Below, piece by piece: positions 27,484 to 37,860 of a DNA stretch of 64,000 nucleotides (its first letter is position 1; each line of letters opens with the position of its first letter). Position numbers and translations under genes: made by a program. The stretch covers positions 928,001-992,000 of the forward strand of contig OZ244197.1 in assembly GCA_965216785.1 (NCBI GenBank), written 5' to 3'. The notes beneath the pieces were generated by a model. It did no database searches, was not told where the DNA came from, and worked only from the letters and a program-made list of their open reading frames with translations. The DNA is from Thermodesulfobacteriota bacterium. Lineage in GTDB: Bacteria > Desulfobacterota_D > UBA1144 > Nemesobacterales > UBA2774.

Positions 27484-28976
27484 CTCCTTTTCATCCTGAG
27501 ACCGAGCGGCACAACAAATCGTTCAAGCAGATCAAAAAGTCCCTGTACTAAGAGCGCAAGCACTGCAGCCGGAATTGCGCCTTCGAGTATGAGCCCGATG
27601 TTGTCCAGTCTGATCCCGGTAAGAATGGGCTGGCCGTATCCGCCCGCGCCTATCAGGGCGCCCAGTGTCGCCGTTCCAACATTTATGACCGCGGAGGTTT
27701 TTATACCCGATAATATGGAGCGCGCAGCAAGCGGCATCTCTATCAGTCTTAACCTGGCAAACGAAGAAAGCCCGAGCGCCTCAGCCGACTCCCTTATATC
27801 GGCGGGTATGTCATGGAGCCCCGAGTACGTATTCCTCACGATCGGAAGCAGGCTGTATAGGAATAAAGCGACAATCGCCGGTACTGTCCCGATTCCGAAA
27901 AAAGGGATCATAAAAACGAGTAAGGCAAGAGAGGGAAGGGTCTGTATAATTCCTACAATCCCTAAAACCAGCTGGCCTACTTTTTTTACCTTATACGCGA
28001 GTATCCCAAGCGGTATGGAAATGATTATTGCCGCGGCGAGCGATACGCATACCAGGAAGAGGTGCTGAAGTGTGTTTTTCTTTAGCCGGTTCAGGAATGA
28101 TTCGCTGTCGACTTCGGTTTCTATGGACAGGTTTTCTTTTAAAAACCCCTGCGCAGCTCTGCTCTCCGGCACTCCATCCAGCTTCACCGATGCGTTAAGC
28201 CCTATTATCAACTCTTCGGGCAGCTTATCTTCTAGGCTCAGTACTGCTTTTAGCTGCTCAGGGCGTGTGTCCTGAAGCTCCTCGCGGTAAAGAATTACGG
28301 CGCTATACTGAGTAAAATGAGAAAGGTCATCTTCCAGAACCTGCAAATCGTAGTAGCTGATTTCGGCATCTGTGGAGTATAGATCTATAACGTCTATGCT
28401 TCCGCCCTCAAGCCCTCTGTACGCAAGATCATGGTCAAGGCCCGTGACGCTCTTTTGACGAAGTCCGTAAGAATCACGGAGACTCGGCCACCCGTCCCCT
28501 CTGTTCAGAAACTCATTTGTGAATCCGAATCTAAGCTCGGGATGATTCTTGAGATCGGATATTGTCTTAATCCCGAGCCTCTCTGCAAGCTCCTTTTTCA
28601 TTCCGAGCGCGTAAGTGTTGTTAAACCCAAGTGGGGCGCTCATTCTTATCCCGTCTTTTGATAGCTCCCCTACTAGCTCGTTTTCATTATCTATATTTTT
28701 ATCAGAGAGTATCTCTTGAACAATCGTTCCCGTGTACTCGGGGTAGATATCTATATCACCTTTTTTAAGCGCGTTCCACAGAACCCTCGTGCCGCCAAGC
28801 TCCTGTAAGTGCCGGGCGTTTTCGCCTTTGTTCGAAGCAAGCTGAGTAATTAATTCTCCTAATATCACCGATTCGGTAAATTTCTTAGAGCCAACCTTCA
28901 GCCCGTCATCATCTTGCCTTGAACAACCAAAGCCAATTAGAATCAAGCAGGCAGCAAATATCCTGAGTAGTGTCAT
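27480..28976 (-). CDS. Betaine/QAC-family ABC transporter, fused substrate-binding and permease domains
   Basis: VGSKKFTES, DIYPEYTGT, GFNNTYAL, YSTDA; permease QTLPSLAL, ESAEALG, IGAGGYG. Confidence 0.92.
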   Translation of the reverse strand: MTLLRIFAACLILIGFGCSRQDDDGLKVGSKKFTESVILGELITQLASNKGENARHLQELGGTRVLWNALKKGDIDIYPEYTGTIVQEILSDKNIDNENELVGELSKDGIRMSAPLGFNNTYALGMKKELAERLGIKTISDLKNHPELRFGFTNEFLNRGDGWPSLRDSYGLRQKSVTGLDHDLAYRGLEGGSIDVIDLYSTDAEISYYDLQVLEDDLSHFTQYSAVILYREELQDTRPEQLKAVLSLEDKLPEELIIGLNASVKLDGVPESRAAQGFLKENLSIETEVDSESFLNRLKKNTLQHLFLVCVSLAAAIIISIPLGILAYKVKKVGQLVLGIVGIIQTLPSLALLVFMIPFFGIGTVPAIVALFLYSLLPIVRNTYSGLHDIPADIRESAEALGLSSFARLRLIEMPLAARSILSGIKTSAVINVGTATLGALIGAGGYGQPILTGIRLDNIGLILEGAIPAAVLALLVQGLFDLLERFVVPLGLRMKRS

Positions 28977-29725
28977 TCAGTCCTGCCCCCGCTAAATTCC
29001 AGAGGGTTTTTCTGAGCGTTAATAAAGCGGGTAATAAAGGGGTCTTTCGGACTGTGTAGCAGCTCTTGAATCTCGCCCGTTTGCACGATTTCTCCCTCGT
29101 TAACAAAAACGATTTTGTCCCCCAGGAAGCCTGCCTCCCCGATATCGTGCGTAACCATTACAACCGTTTTATTTAAGGTCTTAAATATGTCTTTCAGGTC
29201 GTTTTGAAGCTCGCTCCTGATCAAAGGATCAAGAGATCCGAGGGGCTCGTCGAGCAAAATAATTTCCGGATCCAGCATTAGGGCACGCATAAGGCTCACA
29301 CGCTGACGCTGTCCTCCCGAGATCTGAAGCGGGTATCTACTGAGCGCGTCCTCCGGAAATTTTGTCAGTCCGCAAAGCTCTTGGGTTCTTGAATTAATCT
29401 TTCTTTCATCCCATCCTAGATACCTGGTCATGAGCGCAATGTTCCCCATAGTGCTAAGGTGAGGAAATAGCCCACCCTCCTGTATTACATAACCCATCTT
29501 CCTTCTTTGGTCCTGTAAGTTTGAGGTGGTTAAGGTTTCACCATCGATCATTACCTGTCCGCTATCAGGTGTTATTAATCCTATAATGGTCCTAAGGATA
29601 GTGGATTTCCCCGAGCCGCTCGGTCCGATAAGAACAGTGGTGCTTGCGCTCTCACAGGTTAAGTCGACCGAGCCTATGGCCTTTTTATCTGCGTAATCTT
29701 TGGCTATGTTGTGGAGGCGTATCAT
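28973..29725 (-). CDS. ABC ATPase (OpuA/OsmV-like)
   Basis: GPSGSGKST, GYVIQEGGLFPH, ISGGQRQR, LLDEP. Confidence 0.94.
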   Translation of the reverse strand: MIRLHNIAKDYADKKAIGSVDLTCESASTTVLIGPSGSGKSTILRTIIGLITPDSGQVMIDGETLTTSNLQDQRRKMGYVIQEGGLFPHLSTMGNIALMTRYLGWDERKINSRTQELCGLTKFPEDALSRYPLQISGGQRQRVSLMRALMLDPEIILLDEPLGSLDPLIRSELQNDLKDIFKTLNKTVVMVTHDIGEAGFLGDKIVFVNEGEIVQTGEIQELLHSPKDPFITRFINAQKNPLEFSGGRTE

Positions 29726-29742
29726 ATATTTCTCAAATGGTA

Positions 29743-30573
29743 TTAGAACGATAATCCTAGCGCGTATTTCTTTTTGTAGTTAAGCCTCATCTTACAATAC
29801 TGTATTTTTTTCTTAAACTTAGCTTTGTCGGTTTTAGATTGAGCTTGTCTTGAGGCTATTTCGTAATATTTCAGCGCCTCTTTATATTCATGAAGACGCG
29901 AGTGTAAATCACCAAGCTTCTCAAATAGACAATGTTCTGTGTCCGAGGCGTAGTTAGCAATTATTTCTTCAATTGCCTTTATCTCGGCGCGGGCTCCCTT
30001 AAAGCTTGCGATAACCTCCGCGCGCTCAAGAGCGATTTCTACGGAGTGATTAAATTCAAGGTAATGCTCGTAAAGGGACAATATTTGCTTCAGGTCTGTT
30101 GATCTATGGTCTTTTGCTAGGGAGTGACAGGCCGATACAGCAGCTTTTAAATGATATACGCTAACTGTATTCCCCTCAGCGGACTTATTTAGATAATCCA
30201 GCCCCTCCTCGATGAAAGCCTTGTCCCAGAGCGCGCGGTCTTGGTACTTAAGCTCCCTCTTTTGTCCCCTGACGCCTATCATTGCCGGAACCCTTGAATA
30301 CTCAAGGAGCATGTAAGAAAGAAGCGCTAAAGTCTCAGGTTTATTCGTCAGCGGGTCTGTACTCAGGCTTCTGGTTTGTTCTATTGTCTCACTACAGATT
30401 TGTGTATCAATTTCACAGTCTTGCTCCTTTGCAGCTCGAAAAGCTTGGTCGAACGCACTGTAGAGCTTGCTCAGAGCCACCGCAATATCCTCTGAGCTTT
30501 CTTTAGGCTTAAGGTCTCCCTTGCTTCTCCTTTTGCGATTAAGTTTCATTACCTTACCGATCCCGGAGCTCAT
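29743..30573 (-). CDS. Stand-alone ECF42-type C-terminal (DUF6596/TPR-like) domain lacking sigma2/sigma4
   Basis: ETLALLSYMLL..QDRALWD..IEEG..YHLKAAVSACH..TD..QILSLY..ALERA pattern. Confidence 0.7.
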   Translation of the reverse strand: MSSGIGKVMKLNRKRRSKGDLKPKESSEDIAVALSKLYSAFDQAFRAAKEQDCEIDTQICSETIEQTRSLSTDPLTNKPETLALLSYMLLEYSRVPAMIGVRGQKRELKYQDRALWDKAFIEEGLDYLNKSAEGNTVSVYHLKAAVSACHSLAKDHRSTDLKQILSLYEHYLEFNHSVEIALERAEVIASFKGARAEIKAIEEIIANYASDTEHCLFEKLGDLHSRLHEYKEALKYYEIASRQAQSKTDKAKFKKKIQYCKMRLNYKKKYALGLSF

Positions 30574-30674
30574 TACAGAGTTATATTATAAACCGCTTTA
30601 AGTGATTAACATATCGGCATGTAAGTATCGGTCTGATAAATTGAAAGTGTTAATGAAATTTGCAGTCCTTGGTT

Positions 30675-31181
30675 TTACCAACCTTCGGTGCCAGGCTCAC
30701 CTTTAAAGGGGCCCACGATGTCACTTGTAATCCAGCCCCCGTAAAATGTACCGTGCTGAGGCTTAACAATCTCTCCGTCTACGAAGCACGTATCCATTAA
30801 CTGTGCGTAAAAAGCGATATGACCCTTTATAGCTTCATATCCCCGGGTAGGCTCGGGGTAATGCCAGGCGGCGTTTATTGCTTTTTTATCATGTACTTCT
30901 ATATCGTAGTAATGCGCGAGACCCTTCCACTCACAGAGTGTCTTGTGAGCGCTCTCAAAAAGGTATTTCATCTCTACGTCGGCTTCCGGTATATAGTAAA
31001 CAGGTGGCCCTGAAGTCTCTATGACCCTTTTCACCTCGCTTGAATCCGCGATCAGAATATCGTTAAAGAATACTTCTACATGCTTTTCGCTATTCTCAAG
31101 CGCGGGCGGTCTCGGATAGTCCCAAACCGATTCCTGCCCCGGTCCGGGTTCTATACGCTCAGGCATAATTCGTCTGCTCAC
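30675..31181 (-). CDS. DUF427 family protein
   Basis: ESVWDYPRPP, ETSGPPVYYIP, CEWKG, FYGGWIT. Confidence 0.9.
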   Translation of the reverse strand: MSRRIMPERIEPGPGQESVWDYPRPPALENSEKHVEVFFNDILIADSSEVKRVIETSGPPVYYIPEADVEMKYLFESAHKTLCEWKGLAHYYDIEVHDKKAINAAWHYPEPTRGYEAIKGHIAFYAQLMDTCFVDGEIVKPQHGTFYGGWITSDIVGPFKGEPGTEGW

Positions 31182-31216
31182 AATTATTTATCCCTTTTAT
31201 CTTCTGATTCGAACTC

Positions 31217-32179
31217 TTAGTACGCAACAAGGTATTGCATGCTAAACAGACTGTTCCGATCTGTCCACACAGTCTCGACTTCGTAGAAATCTGAAACAAG
31301 CTCTCTGAACGCCTCAATCGTATACTTATAAGAATATTCCGTAAGGATGCTCTCTCCTTTTGCGACCTTTACGCGTGTGCCGTTAATTTTTACAAGTTGG
31401 TCGCTTCTGCTCTCAAGGTGCATTTCAATTCTATTTTCTTCGCTGTTATAAAAAGCGTTATGCTCCCATTCATCAAGATTGAAATCTGAGCCTATCTCAC
31501 GGTTTATCCTTCGTAGTATGTTCAGGTTGAAATCGGCCGTAACGCCTGAATCGTCATTATAAGCTCTATTCAGAATATTTTTATCTTTCACCAGGTCCAC
31601 TCCAATCAAGAGACCACTTCCTGGGCCTGCTATTTGAGAGATTCTTTTTAGGAATTCGTACGCTTCGTCAGGGCTGAAATTACCTATTGTCGAGCCCGGA
31701 TAGTAAACGACTTTATTTGAGTACGGGAAATTAAAAGGGGGAAGGGTAAAGCTTTTCGTGTAATCAGCGTAAACTGGCATTATCCTCAAACCCGGATAAT
31801 CGTTCGCCAGGGTTTTTGCGGAACTAAGTAAGTGCTCTTCAGAAATATCTATAGGTACATAGCCCGCAGGGTTATTAAGATTCTCCAGTAAAAGCCTTAT
31901 TTTTTTTGAGCTTCCGCTTCCAAGCTCTATAAGTAAGCAGTTCTCGCCAAGCGCGTCTGCGATTTGCTCTATGTTGTCATTAATGATCAAAATCTCTGTA
32001 CGAGTGAGGTAATACTCCTCAAGATTTGTAATTTGATCGAATAGCGAAGAGCCCTCTTTATCGTAAAAGAGCTTACTCGGGAGCGCCTTTTGAGATCGGG
32101 TAAGACCCTCTGTGATCTCAGAGACAATGTCCTGGGTTTCGGGTTCAAATTTTTTAAGTTTCAGTAGGTTCTTATGCAT
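31217..32179 (-). CDS. egtD: L-histidine N-alpha-trimethyltransferase
   Basis: KLFYDKEGSSLFDQIT..EYYLTRTE, ELGSGS, PGSTIGN, AYND..GVTADFNLN, TEYSYKY. Confidence 0.95.
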   Translation of the reverse strand: MHKNLLKLKKFEPETQDIVSEITEGLTRSQKALPSKLFYDKEGSSLFDQITNLEEYYLTRTEILIINDNIEQIADALGENCLLIELGSGSSKKIRLLLENLNNPAGYVPIDISEEHLLSSAKTLANDYPGLRIMPVYADYTKSFTLPPFNFPYSNKVVYYPGSTIGNFSPDEAYEFLKRISQIAGPGSGLLIGVDLVKDKNILNRAYNDDSGVTADFNLNILRRINREIGSDFNLDEWEHNAFYNSEENRIEMHLESRSDQLVKINGTRVKVAKGESILTEYSYKYTIEAFRELVSDFYEVETVWTDRNSLFSMQYLVAY

Positions 32180-32224
32180 GGTCTTATTAATTAGATTATG
32201 TCAAACGCCTATAGATTCAGCTAC

Positions 32225-33544
32225 TTAACCTGCGTCTTTTGCGAGCCTTAGGCCCATGAACTGCCAGCGGGCATCAGGCGGGAAGAAGTTTCTATAAGTT
32301 TTTCTTATGTGCGATTTCGATGTAGCGCAGGAGCCTCCTCTAAGCACCATCTGGTTACACATAAACTTCCCGTTATATTCACCGAGCGCTCCGGGAAGTG
32401 TTTTAAATCCCGGATAAGACACATAGGGACTAGAGGTCCATTCCCATACATCGCCGTACATCTGCTTAAGCCCCTTGACCTTGGAGCCTCCATTTAGGGC
32501 CGAAGGGTGAAATTTCGTATCCTCAACGAAGTTTCCCTCTACAGGCAATCCGGATGCGGCCACTTCCCACTCCGCCTCTGTTGGAATTCTGGCGCCCGAC
32601 CATCTGGCAAAAGCGTCCGCCTCGAAATATGACAGGTGGCTTACAGGTTCCGAGGGATCAATACCCTTCATCCCGTTAAGAGTGAACTCTTGCCATTTTC
32701 TACCGGTTTTTTCCCAATAGAAAGGTGCTTTCCATCCGTTTCCCTCAACTGTCGCCCATCCCTCAGAAAGCCAAATCTCGGGTGTTTCATATCCGCCGTC
32801 ATCTATAAATTCCATATATTCGCCGTTTGTCACAAGTGTAGTCTTAAGCGAGAACGGCTCGAGATAAATTTTATGGAGAGGGTACTCGTTGTCATAACCG
32901 AATCCTTCTCCCCCATGGCCGATAGAATATACTCCTCCATCGAACCCCACCCAGGCGCTTTTAGGTTTTTTGGTAGATTTGCTGCTATTTTTCGTTTTGT
33001 CTTTTACGTATGCGGGCCTCAGCGGGTTCTCGGAAAGAACATGCTTTATATCGGTCAGTATCAGTTCCTGATGCTGCTGTTCGTGGTGGATGCCTATTTC
33101 AATTACATGGGACAAATTCTTCCAGAACTTTCCGTCGGCATTTTCCATAAGCCCTATCATATTTTCATCCACATGGTTTCGGTAGCTGTAGGTTTCCTCC
33201 ACTGTAGGTCGTGAAATAAGACCGCGTTTAGGTCTGTAGTGCCTCTCCCCTGCTTGCACGTAGTATGAGTTAAACAGATACGCGTATTGGGGGTTCGGGG
33301 ATTTATAGTTTTTGATAGATTTTGCCAGCACGAATGTCTCAAAAAACCAGCTTGTGTGCGCCAGGTGCCACTTGGTAGGGCTTACGTCTGGCATAGATTG
33401 TATTACATAGTCCTCAATCTCAAGGGGCTCAGCCAGTGTATGCGAAAATTCCCGGACTTTTTTATAGCTCTCTATCAAGTTCTGCTGGGTGAGCTGAGCG
33501 CTACTCTTCTCTTTTGTTTTTGATTGCTTCTCTCGGGCCGTCAT
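32225..33544 (-). CDS. egtB: Ergothioneine biosynthesis sulfoxide synthase
   Basis: QSMPDVSPTKWHLAHTSWFFE, HHEQQHQE, FGE domain GDVWEWT, EYNGKFM. Confidence 0.95.
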   Translation of the reverse strand: MTAREKQSKTKEKSSAQLTQQNLIESYKKVREFSHTLAEPLEIEDYVIQSMPDVSPTKWHLAHTSWFFETFVLAKSIKNYKSPNPQYAYLFNSYYVQAGERHYRPKRGLISRPTVEETYSYRNHVDENMIGLMENADGKFWKNLSHVIEIGIHHEQQHQELILTDIKHVLSENPLRPAYVKDKTKNSSKSTKKPKSAWVGFDGGVYSIGHGGEGFGYDNEYPLHKIYLEPFSLKTTLVTNGEYMEFIDDGGYETPEIWLSEGWATVEGNGWKAPFYWEKTGRKWQEFTLNGMKGIDPSEPVSHLSYFEADAFARWSGARIPTEAEWEVAASGLPVEGNFVEDTKFHPSALNGGSKVKGLKQMYGDVWEWTSSPYVSYPGFKTLPGALGEYNGKFMCNQMVLRGGSCATSKSHIRKTYRNFFPPDARWQFMGLRLAKDAG

Positions 33545-33754
33545 TTTTTCTCCCGGCGTAAATATTTATCCCTAAACTGCCACGGGGGTTATTAACTACG
33601 ACTAATACATAATGTTCCTAATCTATATTAGATAGTAAGTGTAGCAAATGGGTGCGTTTTTTCAAAGAATAAACTATTTATTAACGCTATGTTTATAGAG
33701 CAATAATATGCTGAGAAGCCGATACTGGGCTTTTTGAGATGTTATCGGACAGCG

Positions 33755-34375
33755 CTACTTTCTGACTTTTTTAAGCTTTGCAATCAGCTCTTTAATCTCT
33801 TCCGATTTGACCTTCATGCTGACCCTGTTTACGACGAGCCTTGCGGTAATATCTGCAATGTTCTCAAACTCAACCAGGTTATTTTTCTTAAGAGTTTCCC
33901 CTGTGGCGGTAAGGTCTACTATGACGTCCGAGAGCCCAACTATAGGAGCGAGCTCTACAGAGCCGTACAGCTTAACTATTTCAGCGCCTACCCCTTTTTT
34001 TGCAAAGTGCTCATATGCTGTCTTCGGATACTTGGTTGCTACTCTCAGAGCCTTGGTCGAGTTATAGCCAAATCCCTTGGGTGCCGCCACAACAAGTTTG
34101 CATTTACCTATGCCCAAATCAAGAGGCTCATACAAATCGTGTTTTTCCTCTATCAGAGTATCTCTACCCACCACTCCTAAATCGGCGGCTCCGTACTCCA
34201 CATAAGGGGGGATATCAGTCGGCCGTATTATCAGAATCTTGAGTCCGACCGAGGGGTATTCAAATATTAACTTCCTCGAGTCCTTAAGCACATCATCCAC
34301 GGGATAACCCGCTTTTTTAAGTAATTTACCTGCCTCAGTGAGCAGTCTTCCTCTGGCTATAGCAAGTGTTATCAT
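33755..34375 (-). CDS. hisG: ATP phosphoribosyltransferase, short form
   Basis: RPTDIPPYVEYGAADLG, KLYGSVELAP; ATGA overlap with murA stop. Confidence 0.95.
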   Translation of the reverse strand: MITLAIARGRLLTEAGKLLKKAGYPVDDVLKDSRKLIFEYPSVGLKILIIRPTDIPPYVEYGAADLGVVGRDTLIEEKHDLYEPLDLGIGKCKLVVAAPKGFGYNSTKALRVATKYPKTAYEHFAKKGVGAEIVKLYGSVELAPIVGLSDVIVDLTATGETLKKNNLVEFENIADITARLVVNRVSMKVKSEEIKELIAKLKKVRK

Positions 34376-35628
34376 TCCTTTTCCCTCCAAATTCTGGCTC
34401 CGACTGTTTCTAGTTTGCGGTCCAATTTTTCATATCCTCTGTCCAGGTGATAGATACGGGATATTTCTGTCTTTCCTTGCGCGGCGACCCCTGCTAAAAC
34501 AAGAGAAGCGCTGGCTCTCAGGTCGCTCGCCATGATAGGTGCTCCGCTTACATGTCCGACTCCTCTCACGACTGCGCTATTGCCTACGAGTTTTATATCC
34601 GCTCCCATTCTTCTAAGCTCGCCCGCGTGAAGAAATCTCTGAGGGAATATGGTCTCGGTTATTATGCTCAGACCGTCAGCTATACTCATAAGCGTCATCA
34701 TCTGTGCCTGCATATCTGTCGGAAAACCGGGATAAGGCAGAGTCGTAAAATCAATGCTCTTTAGCTCACCTGAGCTTTTTATTCTGATCCCGCCGTTTTC
34801 TCTTGTGATTTCCGCGCCGGCTTCGAGAAGCTTTCCTATCAAAGCCCCCATATTCTCAAATCGGCAGTTTGTTAAAAATATATCTCCACCGGTAAGGACA
34901 GACGCTATCATCAGGGTGCCCGCCTCTATCCTGTCGGGCATAACTTCGTGGTCTTTTATGGGCACAAGCTCCGTGACGCCGTTAATTGTTATAATATCGG
35001 TTCCGATCCCCTGAATGTCCGCTCCCATTTCATTTAAAACCCGTCCGAGCTCGGTTACCTCAGGCTCACACGCGGCGTTTAGCAGTATCGTTTCCCCCTG
35101 CGCTAGTACGGATGATAAGATCAGGTTCTCCGTTCCAGTAACGGTAGAGACGTCAAATGGAATAACTCCGCCCTCTAGTTTGGGCGCTATCGTTTCAACA
35201 TAACCTTCCTCTATTTCTATTTCAGACCCCAGTATCTGAAGTCCCTTAAGATGCTGGTCGATAGGTCTCTCACCGATCGCGCAGCCCCCGGGTAAAGACA
35301 CTCTTGCCCGGCCAAATCTCGCGGTCAGCGGACCCAGAACCAATACAGATGCCCTCATGGTTTTTACCAGGTCATAAGGGGCAACCCATTTATTTAAGTT
35401 CGTGGTATCTATTTCTAGTGATCCGTCTTCAAATTCTACGCGCGCGCCGAGGATCTCGAGCATCTTGCACATTGTCCTGACATCAGCAAGATCAGGCACG
35501 TTTGTAAAACTGTTTACGCCCTCTGTCAGTATGCACGCCGCCATAAGCGGGAGCACTGCGTTTTTAGCGCCGCTTACGACAAGCTCGCCCTCAAGTTTAT
35601 TTCCGCCTTCTACTATTATTTTTTCCAC
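34372..35628 (-). CDS. murA: UDP-N-acetylglucosamine 1-carboxyvinyltransferase
   Basis: SGAKNA, LPGGCAIGERP, YPGFPTDMQ. Confidence 0.98.
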   Translation of the reverse strand: MEKIIVEGGNKLEGELVVSGAKNAVLPLMAACILTEGVNSFTNVPDLADVRTMCKMLEILGARVEFEDGSLEIDTTNLNKWVAPYDLVKTMRASVLVLGPLTARFGRARVSLPGGCAIGERPIDQHLKGLQILGSEIEIEEGYVETIAPKLEGGVIPFDVSTVTGTENLILSSVLAQGETILLNAACEPEVTELGRVLNEMGADIQGIGTDIITINGVTELVPIKDHEVMPDRIEAGTLMIASVLTGGDIFLTNCRFENMGALIGKLLEAGAEITRENGGIRIKSSGELKSIDFTTLPYPGFPTDMQAQMMTLMSIADGLSIITETIFPQRFLHAGELRRMGADIKLVGNSAVVRGVGHVSGAPIMASDLRASASLVLAGVAAQGKTEISRIYHLDRGYEKLDRKLETVGARIWREKE

Positions 35629-36467
35629 TGTGCTTTTACCACTCTCTCCGTATTACTTATATCCCTTAAGGCACTAATTTCACTAAATCCTCTTTCATGG
35701 AACAGCCCAATAACTCTCTCAGACTGCCCTTGACCGATTTCAAGGAGGCACCAACCTCCGTCTTTTAGAATGAAGGGAGATTCGTTAACAATGTCCTTTA
35801 TGATACGAAGGCCGTCTGAACCGGCCAATAGAGAAAGCCTGGGCTCATAATCTCTTACCTCGGGCCCAAGCGTTTCAAAATCCGACTCAGATATATAAGG
35901 CGGGTTAGAAACTATTATATCAAAAGCGTTTTTTTTAAACGGGCTTAACAGGTGCCCGTTCACAAAGGAGATTCTATCATCTACTTGGTGCATACGTGCA
36001 TTATTTTCAGCCGTCCTCAGCGCCTCGGCTGATAAATCGGAGGCGTATACATTAGAGAGGGGCGTTTCTGCTGCAATCGTAACGGCAATACAGCCGCTTC
36101 CGGTCCCTAAATCAAGTACGGCGGGGGATTCCATAGATTCCACTATTTTGATCGTCTCCTCGGTTAAAAGCTCGGTTTCGGGCCTCGGTATTAGCACTGA
36201 TGGATTGACCTCAAAGCGTCTTGAATAAAATTCCTTTTCTCCCATTATGTAAGCCGAGGGTTCGTTATTAGCTCTTCTTCCGAGCAATTTAAAGTACTGC
36301 TCTACTGTTTCACTTTCCATTTCTTTTTCAGGGTGTGTATATATCTCAGCTATGTCCGATACCGCATTCGCCTTCGATAGCAGGAGATACGACTCGAGCG
36401 CCGGATTTTCCACGGAGCTCCTTTTCATATTCTCTTTCCCTGATAAATAAAGTTCTCTTAAGTGCAT
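35616..36467 (-). CDS. prmC: Release factor glutamine methyltransferase
   Basis: LIPRPETE, DLGTGSG, SNPPY. Confidence 0.96.
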   Translation of the reverse strand: MHLRELYLSGKENMKRSSVENPALESYLLLSKANAVSDIAEIYTHPEKEMESETVEQYFKLLGRRANNEPSAYIMGEKEFYSRRFEVNPSVLIPRPETELLTEETIKIVESMESPAVLDLGTGSGCIAVTIAAETPLSNVYASDLSAEALRTAENNARMHQVDDRISFVNGHLLSPFKKNAFDIIVSNPPYISESDFETLGPEVRDYEPRLSLLAGSDGLRIIKDIVNESPFILKDGGWCLLEIGQGQSERVIGLFHERGFSEISALRDISNTERVVKAQWKK

Positions 36468-36666
36468 TTGCTTAAATCCCTGAATTTAGTGGAAAAGAGT
36501 TTATCTGTCCGCAGTACGTTTTCAAGGGAAGTTAAGTACAGAGGCAAATTAAATCTGATCTGAGCTCTCGGCTGTGCTGTCTATACGGATCGGGAACATC
36601 ATAAACTTAGCGGTTAATTATCGTTTTATCTCTCTTGAGGATGTGGATTGATATAGGGGCATGCAT

Positions 36667-37329
36667 CTAATCTTGCTCAAAAGCATGATGCTTTAGTGTC
36701 TTGCCGCTAGCTATATAGTATGTGTCTTCTGCAATATTAGTGGCCAGATCAGCGACCCTTTCAATGTCTCTGGCAATAAGTATCAAGGTGAGCGCCCGGT
36801 CTATGGTCTGGGGGTCAGAGATCATATACGTTATTAGCTCCCTTACGATCTGAGGCTCAAGTGCGTCTACTTCGTCGTCCTTTTTACATACGGCTACCGC
36901 AAGCTCGGCGTCTTTGTTTACAAACGCGTCGAGGCTTTCCTGGAGCATTTCTATTGCCTTATCAGCCATTCTGGGTATATCAATTAAAGGTTTTACAGGC
37001 ATTTTGTCGGCAAGATATATAGCTTTTTCCGCTATATTGGCAGCATGGTCACCGATCCTTTCAAGCTCGCTGTTTATTTTCATAACCATGGTTACCGTTC
37101 TCAGGTCTTCGGCTTCCGGGTGTTGAAGAGCCAATATCCTGATACACTGCTCGTCAATTTCAATCTCCATCTGATTGATTTTGGCATCGCTCTTTATTAC
37201 CTCTTCGGCCATTATCATATTGCTGTCTTTGAGTGCTTTGATACTTTTGGCAATCATCTCTTCTATAGACGTAGCCATTTCAAAGAGCATTTTTTTTAAT
37301 TTGCTGATTTCGTCTTCAAGTTTTGCCAT
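36667..37329 (-). CDS. phoU: Phosphate signalling protein PhoU
   Basis: ELERIGDHA and IERVADLATNIAE repeats. Confidence 0.96.
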   Translation of the reverse strand: MAKLEDEISKLKKMLFEMATSIEEMIAKSIKALKDSNMIMAEEVIKSDAKINQMEIEIDEQCIRILALQHPEAEDLRTVTMVMKINSELERIGDHAANIAEKAIYLADKMPVKPLIDIPRMADKAIEMLQESLDAFVNKDAELAVAVCKKDDEVDALEPQIVRELITYMISDPQTIDRALTLILIARDIERVADLATNIAEDTYYIASGKTLKHHAFEQD

Positions 37330-37388
37330 ATCTTCAGTTACCGTCGAATATGATTAATATAGATTGAGAGCATTGTGCTCAGGTACTG

Positions 37389-37811
37389 CTAAGAGTCTTT
37401 AAACTCATCGTCTATCCAGCTTTTTATCTCATCCCTTACATTTCTAAAGCCGGAAAGTATCTCTTCGTCCTTCCCTCTGAATCTTGAAGGATCAGTAAAC
37501 CCCTTATGTAAATACTTTTTTGCTCCGGGAAACGTAGGACATGTCTCCTTAGCATGGTCACAAACTGTGACTACCGTATCAAAATCCTGCCCGTCGAACT
37601 TCTCAATATGCTTTGAGGCGTGATCCGATATATCTATCCCAATTTCAGCCATTGCCCTTACGGCATAGGGGTTAACTCTTGATGGCTCTGTACCCGCGCT
37701 AAACACTTCATACTTGTCTCCATGGGATGATCTCAATATTCCCTCCGCCATTTGGGATCTGGCTGAATTGTGAGTACATAGAAACAACACTTTTTTCTTC
37801 TCATCTGACAT
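37389..37811 (-). CDS. arsC: Arsenate reductase, thioredoxin-coupled LMW-PTP type
   Basis: CTHNSARSQMAE P-loop, VCD...CP resolving cysteines. Confidence 0.9.
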   Translation of the reverse strand: MSDEKKKVLFLCTHNSARSQMAEGILRSSHGDKYEVFSAGTEPSRVNPYAVRAMAEIGIDISDHASKHIEKFDGQDFDTVVTVCDHAKETCPTFPGAKKYLHKGFTDPSRFRGKDEEILSGFRNVRDEIKSWIDDEFKDS

Positions 37812-37860
37812 AATACTTATTTATTATACTAATATTTGGAAATAATGCGGCGAAATTCGC

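Noticed and set aside
32225-33544. Selenoneine (SenA) or ovothiol (OvoA) synthase
   Set aside because: No senB/selD neighbours, no C-terminal methyltransferase, and egtD is adjacent
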